A stretch of DNA of 21,194 nucleotides, from the IMG/VR virus record IMGVR_UViG_2537561991_000022. One strand, 5' to 3'. Both the position numbers and the translations under genes were made by a program. Positions 9,347-18,043 of the stretch are shown here, piece after piece; position 1 is the first letter of the stretch; the number at the start of each line of letters is the position of its first letter. This DNA is from a virus. Taxonomy: Duplodnaviria; Heunggongvirae; Uroviricota; Caudoviricetes. The notes under the pieces are model-generated. The model did no database searches. It was not told where the DNA came from and saw only the letters and a program-made list of their open reading frames with translations.

Positions 9347-9479
9347 TTTTTGGGACTCCTGGCTGATTAAGTATGTCGATAAGGCGTTTCCATCCGTCAC
9401 GTAATTTACGGGTGATTCGTTCAAGTAAAGATTCGGAAGGGCAGCCAGCAACAGGCCACCCTGCAATGGCATATTGCAT
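9315..9479 (-). CDS. cIII: Lambda CIII (FtsH/HflB inhibitor, stabilises CII)
   Basis: Hand-translated 54-aa [57 protein letters not shown] (below the 60-aa cut-off of the ORF track); matches lambda CIII. Confidence 0.85.
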   Translation of the reverse strand: MQYAIAGWPVAGCPSESLLERITRKLRDGWKRLIDILNQPGVPKNGSNNYGYPD

Positions 9480-9551
9480 GGTGTGCTCCTTATTTATACA
9501 TAACGAAAAACGCCTCGAGTGAAGCGTAATTGGTATGCGGTAACGCCGCGC

Positions 9552-9920
9552 TCAGGCGGCCTTGATAGTCATATCATCTGAATCAAATATTCCTGATGTA
9601 TCGATATCGGTAATTCTTATTCCTTCACTACCATCCATTGGAGGCCATCCTTCCTGACCATTTCCATCATTCCAGTCGAACTCACACACAACACCATATG
9701 CATTTAAGTCGCTTGAAATTGCTATAAGCAGAGCATGTTGCGCCAGCATGATTAATACAGCATTTAATACAGAGCCGTGTTTATTGAGTCGGTATTCAGA
9801 GTCTGACCAGAAATTATTAATCTGGTGAAGTTTTTCCTCTGTCATTACGTCATGGTCGATTTCAATTTCTATTGATGCTTTCCAGTCGTAATCAATGATG
9901 TATTTTTTGATGTTTGACAT
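9552..9920 (-). CDS. ea10: Lambda Ea10 (small early-left protein)
   Basis: 122-aa translation MSNIKKYIIDYDWKASIEIEIDHDVMTEEKLHQINNFWSDSEYRLNKHGSVLNAVLIMLAQHALL... matches lambda Ea10; good SD (GAGGAT). Confidence 0.9.
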   Translation of the reverse strand: MSNIKKYIIDYDWKASIEIEIDHDVMTEEKLHQINNFWSDSEYRLNKHGSVLNAVLIMLAQHALLIAISSDLNAYGVVCEFDWNDGNGQEGWPPMDGSEGIRITDIDTSGIFDSDDMTIKAA

Positions 9921-9940
9921 CTGTTCATATCCTCACAGAT

Positions 9941-9966
9941 AAAAAATCGCCCTCATCTTGGAGGGC
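9941..9966 (-). terminator. Intrinsic terminator just upstream of ea10
   Basis: GC stem gccctc/gagggc (9949-9954 / 9961-9966) with 6-nt loop; on the minus-strand RNA it is followed directly by AUUUUUUAU (plus A-run 9941-9946). Confidence 0.55.
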
Positions 9967-10108
9967 AAAGAAGATTTCCAATAATCAGAACAAGTCGGCT
10001 CCTGTTTAGTTACGAGCGACATTGCTCCGTGTATTCACTCGTTGGAATGAATACACAGCGCTGTGTTTATTCTGTTGTTTGCGTGAAAATGAAATCCGCC
10101 TGAGCGGG

Positions 10109-10990
10109 TTATGACCACTTTTTGTTTGGGTTTCGTTGGTGAGCGTGGTTTACAGGATTATTTGATATACCCCATAACTCTGACTCGCTTATCTCTACAC
10201 GAGAGAAAGACCTGCTTTCTTTCAGTTCTTTTATAAACCTAGAACCTAAGATGACATCTATTGTACCAGAAAGTTCTTGTAAAAGATCTATGTTTTTTCT
10301 GAGGAAGAAAATATCTTCTTTATATTTAATTTTTACATAGAATTTATTCTGTATTTTTAATATATCAAAGCATGGCAGATATCTATATCCCTCATATTTT
10401 CGCCACTGCTTAACAATTATAACATCTTTTTCATTTACTGCATTAATCAGCCCAAGACCAAGTACAGGTATGAATATTCTATTGTCTGCCGAAAGCGTAC
10501 AATTATCACCACCAGGCAAATATGTATAAATCATGTCGGAATTTTTATACGCATCAACGAATGCACGTAAGAAGCGTACATATTTTTGCCATCCGTTTAT
10601 ACCGAATTTACCATATAAGTATTCTTTATTTGTTAGAAGAAAACTATTTGTATCAGGATCCTTATCTACAGACCTGTCGATAAGATCTCCAACTACGTTT
10701 ACAAAGTCAAAGACAGAGTTTAATAAGAACAATTGTCTTTCAGTAGGGCGAATTTCAATTATGTAGCCAGGATGAAGACGATATTGCATCTGCTTACGAA
10801 GTATACCGAACGCTTGGGTCCGAGCATCTGAAAGCAACTTCTTGTCGCCATCGCCGTGAGCATTGTTTCTAATAAAACTGATATAATTTGCTAATTTTTC
10901 AGCCTCTTTTTTGTGTTTTTTTCGCTCTGATGCTGAGTCTATTGGTTTTGGTATGGACTTGTAATCAATCTTCTTCATTACGTACCTCAT
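10109..10990 (-). CDS. Hypothetical 293-aa protein of unknown function in an AT-rich cassette between ea10 and N (lambda ral/sieB position); candidate anti-phage defence, exclusion or anti-restriction factor
   Basis: Uninterrupted ORF, strongly AT-rich versus flanks. Annotated ATG (10988-10990) overlaps the N stop codon (ATGA); an alternative ATG at 10978 (MKKIDYKS...) has an AGGT SD. No motif I can recognise (no P-loop, no Rx4-6H, no obvious PD-(D/E)xK). Confidence 0.65.
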   Translation of the reverse strand: MRYVMKKIDYKSIPKPIDSASERKKHKKEAEKLANYISFIRNNAHGDGDKKLLSDARTQAFGILRKQMQYRLHPGYIIEIRPTERQLFLLNSVFDFVNVVGDLIDRSVDKDPDTNSFLLTNKEYLYGKFGINGWQKYVRFLRAFVDAYKNSDMIYTYLPGGDNCTLSADNRIFIPVLGLGLINAVNEKDVIIVKQWRKYEGYRYLPCFDILKIQNKFYVKIKYKEDIFFLRKNIDLLQELSGTIDVILGSRFIKELKESRSFSRVEISESELWGISNNPVNHAHQRNPNKKWS

Positions 10991-11310
10991 GCCAATGGAA
11001 TGGATTCCCCTTTAACCTTTTGTCTTCCTTGACAAGTTATACCGAACTCACCTGGCTTGCTATACCAAACTCGATGATTCTTGCGCTCAATACGTTGCAG
11101 GTTGCTTTCAATCTGTTCGTGGTATTCAGCCAGCACCGTAAGGTCTATCGGATTCAGTGCGCTTTCTACTCGTGATTTCGGTTTGCGATTCAGCGAGAGA
11201 ATAGGGCGGTTAACTGGTTTAGCGCTTACCCCAACCAACAGGGGATTTGCTGCTTTCCATTGAGCCTGTTTCTCTGCGCGACGTTCGCGGCGGCGTGTTT
11301 GTGCATCCAT
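10987..11310 (-). CDS. N: Lambda N transcription antiterminator
   Basis: 107-aa frame MDAQTRRRERRAEKQAQWKAANPLLVGVSAKPVNRPILSLNRKPKSRVESALNPIDLTVLAEYH... within the 151-aa ORF; the arginine-rich N-terminus matches lambda N. The 44 upstream codons of the ORF are not part of N. Confidence 0.95.
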   Translation of the reverse strand: MDAQTRRRERRAEKQAQWKAANPLLVGVSAKPVNRPILSLNRKPKSRVESALNPIDLTVLAEYHEQIESNLQRIERKNHRVWYSKPGEFGITCQGRQKVKGESIPLA

Positions 11311-11467
11311 CTGGATTCTCCTGTCAGTTAGCTTTGGTTGTGTGTGGGAGTCGTAGTCCTGAACGAAAACACCCCGCAATGGCACATTGGCAGCTAATCC
11401 GGATTCGCACTTCCGGCCAATGCTTCGTTTCGTATCACACACACCAAAGCCTTCTGCTTTGAATGCT

Positions 11468-11500
11468 GCCCTTCTTCAGGGCTTAATTTTTAAGAGCCTC
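11468..11500 (-). promoter_or_regulatory. nutL: nutL (boxA-like GGCTCTTA plus boxB hairpin GCCCTGAAGAAGGGC) on the pL transcript
   Basis: Reverse complement of 11468-11482 is the lambda boxB hairpin; boxA lies just upstream on the leftward transcript with one mismatch to CGCTCTTA. Confidence 0.7.
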
Positions 11501-11538
11501 ACCTTCAATGGTGGTCAGTGCGTCCTGCTGATGGCTTA

Positions 11539-11611
11539 AAATTACAAGGAAGATTGTATGTTGTAAACAAGAAATATTGTAAAAAGGGGCGTGAAAAACA
11601 AACTCCATTGT
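11539..11611 (-). promoter_or_regulatory. pL promoter with three 434-type 14-bp operators (OL1-OL3)
   Basis: 14-mers ACAAGGAAGATTGT (11544-11557), ACAAGAAATATTGT (11567-11580), ACAAACTCCATTGT (11598-11611) fit the 434 operator pattern ACAA-N6-TTGT; minus-strand -35 TTTACA (11562-11567) and -10 TAATTT (11539-11544) with 17-bp spacer overlap the operators. Confidence 0.7.
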
Positions 11612-11661
11612 TTTTAAACGGAAAATAGTTTGTTTTTTTGTTATCGAGATTGAGGTGGGGA

Positions 11662-13014
<1,353 letters not shown>

Positions 13015-13022
13015 GACATTCC

Positions 13023-13054
13023 CGCTCTTACACATCCCAGCCCTGAAAAAGGGC
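13023..13054 (+). promoter_or_regulatory. nutR: nutR (boxA CGCTCTTAC, boxB GCCCTGAAAAAGGGC)
   Basis: boxA at 13023-13031 and boxB hairpin at 13040-13054, identical to lambda nutR as remembered. Confidence 0.8.
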
Positions 13055-13078
13055 ATCAAAATAAACCACACCTATGGT

Positions 13079-13098
13079 GTATGCATTTATTTGCATAC
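13079..13098 (+). terminator. tR1-region hairpin (Rho-dependent terminator in lambda)
   Basis: Stem gtatgca/tgcatac with loop tttatt between nutR and cII, at the lambda tR1 position; no strong U-tract, consistent with Rho dependence. Confidence 0.45.
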
Positions 13099-13133
13099 AT
13101 TCAATCAATTGTTATCTAAGGAAATACTTACAT

Positions 13134-13427
13134 ATGGTTCGTGCAAACAAACGCAACGAGGCTCTACGAATCGAGAGTGCGTTGCTTAACAAAATCGCAA
13201 TGCTTGGAACTGAGAAGACAGCGGAAGCTGTGGGAGTTGATAAGTCGCAGATCAGCAGGTGGAAGAGGGATTGGATTCCAAAGTTCTCAATGCTGCTTGC
13301 TGTTCTTGAATGGGGTGTCGTCGACGACGACATGGCTCGATTGGCACGACAAGTTGCTTCGATTCTCACCAATAAAAAACGCCCGGCGGCAACCGAGCGT
13401 TCTGAACAAATCCAGATGGAATTCTGA
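13134..13427 (+). CDS. cII: Lambda CII transcriptional activator
   Basis: 97-aa frame MVRANKRNEALRIESALLNKIAMLGTEKTAEAVGVDKSQISRWKRDWIPKFSMLLAVLEWGVVDDDMARLARQV... matches lambda CII. Confidence 0.95.
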   Translation: MVRANKRNEALRIESALLNKIAMLGTEKTAEAVGVDKSQISRWKRDWIPKFSMLLAVLEWGVVDDDMARLARQVASILTNKKRPAATERSEQIQMEF

Positions 13428-13450
13428 GGTTATTACTGGAACTATCAACA
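13373..13450 (-). ncRNA. oop: OOP antisense RNA (overlaps the cII 3' end)
   Basis: Minus strand reads GTTGATAGTTCCAGTAATAACCTCAGAA...CCGCCGGGCGTTTTTTATT, ending in a GC hairpin plus U-tract (plus 13371-13389); matches lambda OOP from memory. Ends approximate. Confidence 0.55.
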
Positions 13451-13459
13451 GGAGTCATT

Positions 13460-14292
13460 ATGACAAATACAGCAAAAATACTCAACTTCGGCAGAGGTAA
13501 CTTTGCCGGACAGGAGCGTAATGTGGCAGATCTCGATGATGGTTACGCCAGACTATCAAATATGCTGCTTGAGGCTTATTCAGGCGCAGATCTGACCAAG
13601 CGACAGTTTAAAGTGCTGCTTGCCATTCTGCGTAAAACCTATGGGTGGAATAAACCAATGGACAGAATCACCGATTCTCAACTTAGCGAGATTACAAAGT
13701 TACCTGTCAAACGGTGCAATGAAGCCAAGTTAGAACTCGTCAGAATGAATATTATCAAGCAGCAAGGCGGCATGTTTGGACCAAATAAAAACATCTCAGA
13801 ATGGTGTATCCCTCAAAACAGGGGAACACAAAAGACACTAATACAAAAGAAAATAGAAAAGATTATTCGTCAGAGAATTCTGGCGAATCCTCTGACCAGC
13901 CAGAAAACGACCTTTCTGTGGTGAAACCTGATGCTGCAATTCAGAGCGGCAGCAAATGGGGGACAGCAGAAGACCTGACCGCCGCAGAGTGGATGTTTGA
14001 CATGGTGAAGACTATCGCGCCATCAGCCAGAAAACCGAATTTTGCAGGGTGGGCTAACGATATCCGCCTGATGCGTGAACGTGACGGACGTAACCACCGC
14101 GATATGTGTGTGCTGTTCCGCTGGGCCTGCCAGGACAACTTCTGGTCCGGTAATGTGCTGAGCCCGGCCAAACTCCGCGACAAGTGGACCCAGCTCGAAA
14201 TCAACCGTAACAAGCAACAGGCAGTCGTGACAGCCAGCAAACCAAAACTCGACCTGACAAACACAGACTGGATTTACGGGGTGGATTTATGA
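13460..14292 (+). pseudogene. O: Replication initiator O, disrupted by a frameshift inside the origin iteron region
   Basis: N-terminal 119 aa (MTNTAKILNFGRGNFAGQERNVADLDDGYARL...ISEWCIPQN) in one frame and the C-terminal ~162 aa (YPSKQGNTKDTNTKENRKDYSSENSGESSDQPENDLSVVKPDAAIQSG...WIYGVDL) in another; frames meet at 13807-13819. Confidence 0.85.
13808..13825. repeat. Single remaining ori-lambda iteron (ATCCCTCAAAACAGGGGA) followed by the AT-rich origin segment
   Basis: One copy of the iteron with internal dyad TCCC...GGGA; lambda as I remember it has four tandem copies here. Confidence 0.6.
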
Positions 14293-14990
14293 AAAACATC
14301 GCCGCACAGATGGTTAACTTTGACCGTGAGCAGATGCGTCGGATCGCCAACAACATGCCGGAACAGTACGACGAAAAGCCTCAGGTACAGCAGGTAGCGC
14401 AGATCATCAACGGTGTGTTCAGCCAGTTACTGGCAACTTTCCCGGCGAGCCTGGCTAACCGTGACCAGAACGAACTGAACGAAATCCGCCGCCAGTGGGT
14501 TCTGGCTTTCCGGGAAAACGGGATCACCACAATGGAACAGGTTAACGCAGGAATGCGCGTAGCCCGTCGGCAGAATCGACCATTTCTGCCATCACCCGGG
14601 CAGTTTGTTGCATGGTGCCGGGAAGAAGCATCCGTTATCGCCGGACTGCCAAACGTCAGCGAGCTGGTTGATATGGTTTACGAGTATTGCCGGAAGCGAG
14701 GCCTGTATCCGGATGCGGAGTCTTATCCGTGGAAATCAAACGCGCACTACTGGCTGGTTACCAACCTGTATCAGAACATGCGGGCCAATGCGCTTACTGA
14801 TGCGGAATTACGGCGCAAGGCTGCCGATGAACTGTCCTGTATGACCGCACGAATTAACCGTGGTGAGGCTATACCTGAACCAGTAAAACAACTTCCTGTC
14901 ATGGGCGGTAGACCTCTAAATCGTGCACAGGCTCTGGCGAAGATCGCAGAAATCAAAGCTAAGTTTGGGCTGAAAGGAGCAAGTGTATGA
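14289..14990 (+). CDS. P: Lambda P (DnaB helicase loader)
   Basis: 233-aa translation MKNIAAQMVNFDREQMRRIANNMPEQYDEKPQVQQVAQIINGVFSQLLATFPASLANRDQNELNEIRRQW... matches lambda P. Confidence 0.95.
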   Translation: MKNIAAQMVNFDREQMRRIANNMPEQYDEKPQVQQVAQIINGVFSQLLATFPASLANRDQNELNEIRRQWVLAFRENGITTMEQVNAGMRVARRQNRPFLPSPGQFVAWCREEASVIAGLPNVSELVDMVYEYCRKRGLYPDAESYPWKSNAHYWLVTNLYQNMRANALTDAELRRKAADELSCMTARINRGEAIPEPVKQLPVMGGRPLNRAQALAKIAEIKAKFGLKGASV

Positions 14991-15277
14991 CGGGCAAAGA
15001 GGCAATTATTCATTACCTGGGGACGCATAATAGCTTCTGTGCGCCGGACGTTGCCGCGTTAACAGGCGCAACAGTAACCAGCATAAATCAGGCCGCGGCT
15101 AAAATGGCACGGGCAGGTCTTCTGGTTATCGAAGGTAAGGTCTGGCGAACGGTGTATTACCGGTTCGCTACTAGGGAAGAACGGGAAGGAAAGATGAGCA
15201 CGAACCTGATTTTTAAGGAGTGTCGCCAGAGTGCCGCGATGAAACGGGTATTGGCGGTATATGGAGTTAAAAGATGA
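14987..15277 (+). CDS. ren: Lambda Ren
   Basis: 96-aa translation MTGKEAIIHYLGTHNSFCAPDVAALTGATVTSINQAAAKMARAGLLVIEGKVWRTVYYRFATREEREGK... matches lambda Ren. Confidence 0.9.
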   Translation: MTGKEAIIHYLGTHNSFCAPDVAALTGATVTSINQAAAKMARAGLLVIEGKVWRTVYYRFATREEREGKMSTNLIFKECRQSAAMKRVLAVYGVKR

Positions 15278-15302
15278 CCATCTACATCACTGAGCTAATA
15301 AC

Positions 15303-15334
15303 AGGCCTGCTGGTAATCGCAGGCCTTTTTATTT
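15303..15334 (+). terminator. tR2-like intrinsic terminator between ren and ninB
   Basis: Stem aggcctgc/gcaggcct (15303-15310 / 15319-15326), 8-nt loop, then TTTTTATTT. Confidence 0.6.
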
Positions 15335-15350
15335 GGGGGAGAGGGAAGTC

Positions 15351-15791
15351 ATGAAAAAACTAACCTTTGAAATTCGATCTCCAGCACATCAGCAAAACGC
15401 TATTCACGCAGTACAGCAAATCCTTCCAGACCCAACCAAACCAATCGTAGTAACCATTCAGGAACGCAACCGCAGCTTAGACCAAAACAGGAAGCTATGG
15501 GCCTGCTTAGGTGACGTCTCTCGTCAGGTTGAATGGCATGGTCGCTGGCTGGATGCAGAAAGCTGGAAGTGTGTGTTTACCGCAGCATTAAAGCAGCAGG
15601 ATGTTGTTCCTAACCTTGCCGGGAATGGCTTTGTGGTAATAGGCCAGCCAACCAGCAGGATGCGTGTAAGCGAATTTGCGGAGCTATTAGAGCTTATACA
15701 GGCATTCGGTACAGAGCGTGGCGTTAAGTGGTCAGACGAAGCGCGACTGGCTCTCGAATGGAAAGCGCGATGGGGAGATCGGGCTGCATGA
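15351..15791 (+). CDS. ninB: NinB (Orf family recombination mediator)
   Basis: 146-aa frame MKKLTFEIRSPAHQQNAIHAVQQILPDPTKPIVVTIQERNRSLDQNRKLWACLGDVSRQVEWHGRWLD... matches lambda NinB; the ORF-track start 15333 is upstream of the native start. Confidence 0.9.
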   Translation: MKKLTFEIRSPAHQQNAIHAVQQILPDPTKPIVVTIQERNRSLDQNRKLWACLGDVSRQVEWHGRWLDAESWKCVFTAALKQQDVVPNLAGNGFVVIGQPTSRMRVSEFAELLELIQAFGTERGVKWSDEARLALEWKARWGDRAA

Positions 15792-16315
15792 CTATCAAAT
15801 CAAATACGCCAGCACACGACAAGGACTGCTGGCAAACGCCGCTTTGGCTTTTTGATGCACTGGATATTGAGTTTGGATTCTGGCTGGATTCGGCAGCGAG
15901 CGACAAAAACGCTCTGTGCGCTCACTGGCTAACTGAGGCTGACGACGCGCTAAATTCTGAGTGGATAAGCCACGGTGCAATCTGGAATAACCCACCGTAC
16001 AGCAATATCAGGCCGTGGGTGGAAAAAGCCGCTGAGCAGTGCATACAACAGCGACAGACGGTAGTGATGCTTGTGCCAGAGGATATGTCTGTCGGATGGT
16101 TCAGCAAGGCTCTGGAGAGTGTTGACGAAGTTCGTATTATCACTGATGGACGGATTAATTTTATCGAACCATCGACAGGGCTGGAGAAGAAGGGAAACAG
16201 CAAAGGCTCCATGCTGCTGATTTGGCGACCGTTCATTAGTCCTCGACGGATGTTTACTATCGTATCCAAAGCGGCATTGATGGCGATCGGGCAGGGCGTC
16301 AGGAGGGCGACATGA
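15788..16315 (+). CDS. Phage Dam-like DNA N6-adenine methyltransferase (in place of lambda ninC/ninD)
   Basis: 175-aa frame [26 protein letters not shown]... with the catalytic NPPY motif (IWNNPPYS); ATG overlaps the ninB stop (ATGA). Confidence 0.8.
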   Translation: MTIKSNTPAHDKDCWQTPLWLFDALDIEFGFWLDSAASDKNALCAHWLTEADDALNSEWISHGAIWNNPPYSNIRPWVEKAAEQCIQQRQTVVMLVPEDMSVGWFSKALESVDEVRIITDGRINFIEPSTGLEKKGNSKGSMLLIWRPFISPRRMFTIVSKAALMAIGQGVRRAT

Positions 16316-16494
16316 GGCGACAACGACGAAGTTTCACCGACATCATCTGCGAAAACTGCAAATACCTTCCAACGAAACGCTCCAGAAATAAACGCAAGCC
16401 AATCCCAAAAGAATCTGACGTAAAAACCTTCAACTACACGGCTCACCTGTGGGATATCCGGTGGCTAAGACATCGTGCGAGGAATACAAGGTGA
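16312..16494 (+). CDS. ninE: NinE
   Basis: 60-aa translation [60 protein letters not shown] matches lambda NinE. Confidence 0.9.
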   Translation: MRRQRRSFTDIICENCKYLPTKRSRNKRKPIPKESDVKTFNYTAHLWDIRWLRHRARNTR

Positions 16495-16661
16495 TTGACC
16501 CAAATCGAAGTTACGAACAAGAAAGCGTCGAGCGGGCTTTAACGTGCGCTAATTGCGGTCAGAAGCTGCATGTGCTGGAAGTTCACGTGTGTGAGCACTG
16601 CTGTGCAGAGCTGATGAGCGATTCGAATAGCTCGATGCACGAGGAAGAAGATGATGGCTAA
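16491..16661 (+). CDS. ninF: NinF (probable GTG start)
   Basis: Frame [56 protein letters not shown] matches lambda NinF; overlaps ninE and ninG as in lambda. Confidence 0.8.
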   Translation: MIDPNRSYEQESVERALTCANCGQKLHVLEVHVCEHCCAELMSDSNSSMHEEEDDG

Positions 16662-17265
16662 ACCAGCGCGAAGACGATGTAAAAACGATGAATGTCGGGA
16701 ATGGTTTCACCCTGCATTCGCTAATCAGTGGTGGTGCTCTCCAGAGTGTGGAACCAAGATAGCACTCGAACGACGAAGTAAAGAACGCGAAAAAGCGGAA
16801 AAAGCAGCAGAGAAGAAACGACGACGAGAGGAGCAGAAACAGAAAGATAAACTTAAGATTCGAAAACTCGCCTTAAAGCCCCGCAGTTACTGGATTAAAC
16901 AAGCCCAACAAGCCGTAAACGCCTTCATCAGAGAAAGAGACCGCGACTTACCATGTATCTCGTGCGGAACGCTCACGTCTGCTCAGTGGGATGCCGGACA
17001 TTACCGGACAACTGCTGCGGCACCTCAACTCCGATTTGATGAACGCAATATTCACAAGCAATACGTGGTGTGCAACCAGCACAAAAGCGGAAATCTCGCT
17101 CCGTATCGCGTCGAACTGATTAGCCGCATCAGGCAGGAAGCAGTAGACGAAATCGAATCAAACCATAACCGCCATCGCTGGACTGTCGAAGAGTGCAAGG
17201 CGATCAAGGCAGAGTACCAACAGAAACTCAAAGACCTGCGAAACAGCAGAAGTGAGGCTGCATGA
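16651..17265 (+). CDS. ninG: NinG (Rap, structure-specific recombination endonuclease)
   Basis: 204-aa translation [69 protein letters not shown]... matches lambda NinG. Confidence 0.9.
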   Translation: MMAKPARRRCKNDECREWFHPAFANQWWCSPECGTKIALERRSKEREKAEKAAEKKRRREEQKQKDKLKIRKLALKPRSYWIKQAQQAVNAFIRERDRDLPCISCGTLTSAQWDAGHYRTTAAAPQLRFDERNIHKQYVVCNQHKSGNLAPYRVELISRIRQEAVDEIESNHNRHRWTVEECKAIKAEYQQKLKDLRNSRSEAA

Positions 17266-17927
17266 ATATCTACGAAAGAATTGATGGCAGCAAATACCGA
17301 AATATTTGGGTAGCTGGCGACCTGCACGGATGCTACACGAACCTGATGAACAAACTGGATACGATTGGATTCGACACCAAAAAAGACCTGCTCATCTCGG
17401 TTGGCGATTTGGTTGATCGCGGTACAGAGAACGTCGAATGTCTGGAATTAATCACATTCCCCTGGTTCAGAGCTGTGCGTGGAAACCATGAGCAAATGAT
17501 GATTGATGGCTTATCAGAGCGTGGAAACGTTAATCACTGGCTGCTTAATGGCGGTGGCTGGTTCTTTAATCTCGATTACGACAAAGAGACTCTGGCTAAA
17601 GTTCTTGCCCATAAAGCAGAAGAACTTCCGTTAATCATCGAACTGGTGAGCAAAGATAAAAAATATGTCATTTGCCACGCCGATTATCCTTGTGATAAAT
17701 ACGAGTTTGGAAAGCCAGTTGATCATCAGCAGGTAATCTGGAACCGCGAACGAATCAGCAACTCACAAGACGGGATCGTGAAAGAAATCAAAGGCGCGGA
17801 CACGTTCATCTTTGGTCATACGCCAGCAGTGAAACCACTCAAATTTGCCAACCAGATGTATATCGATACTGGCGCAGTGTTCTGCGGAAACCTCACATTG
17901 ATTCAGGTACAGGGAGAAGGCGCATGA
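17262..17927 (+). CDS. ninI: NinI serine/threonine protein phosphatase (lambda-PPase, Orf221)
   Basis: 221-aa translation with metallophosphatase motifs GDLHG, GDLVDRG, GNHE; matches lambda Orf221. Start overlaps the ninG stop, so no ninH lies between them. Confidence 0.9.
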   Translation: MNIYERIDGSKYRNIWVAGDLHGCYTNLMNKLDTIGFDTKKDLLISVGDLVDRGTENVECLELITFPWFRAVRGNHEQMMIDGLSERGNVNHWLLNGGGWFFNLDYDKETLAKVLAHKAEELPLIIELVSKDKKYVICHADYPCDKYEFGKPVDHQQVIWNRERISNSQDGIVKEIKGADTFIFGHTPAVKPLKFANQMYIDTGAVFCGNLTLIQVQGEGA

Positions 17928-18013
17928 GACTCGAAAGCGTAGCTAAATTTCATTCGCCAAAAAGCCCGATGATGAGCGACTCACTACTGGCCACAGTTTA
18001 TTGGTTTTCGTAA
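17924..18013 (+). pseudogene. Q: Truncated remnant of lambda Q antiterminator (~24 matching codons, then foreign sequence)
   Basis: Frame [20 protein letters not shown]... matches the lambda Q N-terminus, then runs into a stop at 18011-18013; downstream DNA is AT-rich and non-lambda. Confidence 0.7.
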
Positions 18014-18043
18014 CTGAGTCATTTTATTATTTTATTGCAACTT

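Noticed and set aside
10533-11263. Plus-strand ORFs antisense to the 293-aa gene and N (10533..10766, 10888..11175, 11081..11263)
   Set aside because: Antisense to better-supported genes, with hydrophobic low-complexity translations typical of AT-rich shadow frames.
11311-11442. 44-codon N-terminal extension of the N ORF (MCDTKRSIGRKCESG...)
   Set aside because: Lambda N begins at MDAQTRRRERR; the extension would run through the nutL region and is not part of N in lambda.
13141-13500. 119-aa plus-strand ORF and 86-aa minus-strand ORF (13112..13372) overlapping cII
   Set aside because: Alternative-frame and antisense shadows of cII; the true cII frame matches lambda CII.
14605-15028. ORFs overlapping P (14605..14844 +, 14771..15028 -) and the ORFs 13941..14264 / 14023..14217 antisense to O
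   Set aside because: Overlap strongly supported replication genes in other frames or on the other strand.
15724-16446. Minus-strand ORFs (15724..15906, 15795..15995, 15922..16446 of 174 aa) antisense to the methyltransferase and ninB
   Set aside because: The plus-strand frames carry recognisable NinB and NPPY-methyltransferase sequence; the minus-strand frames are shadows.
17052-17327. 91-aa minus-strand ORF antisense to ninG/ninI
   Set aside because: Shadow ORF inside two well-supported nin genes.
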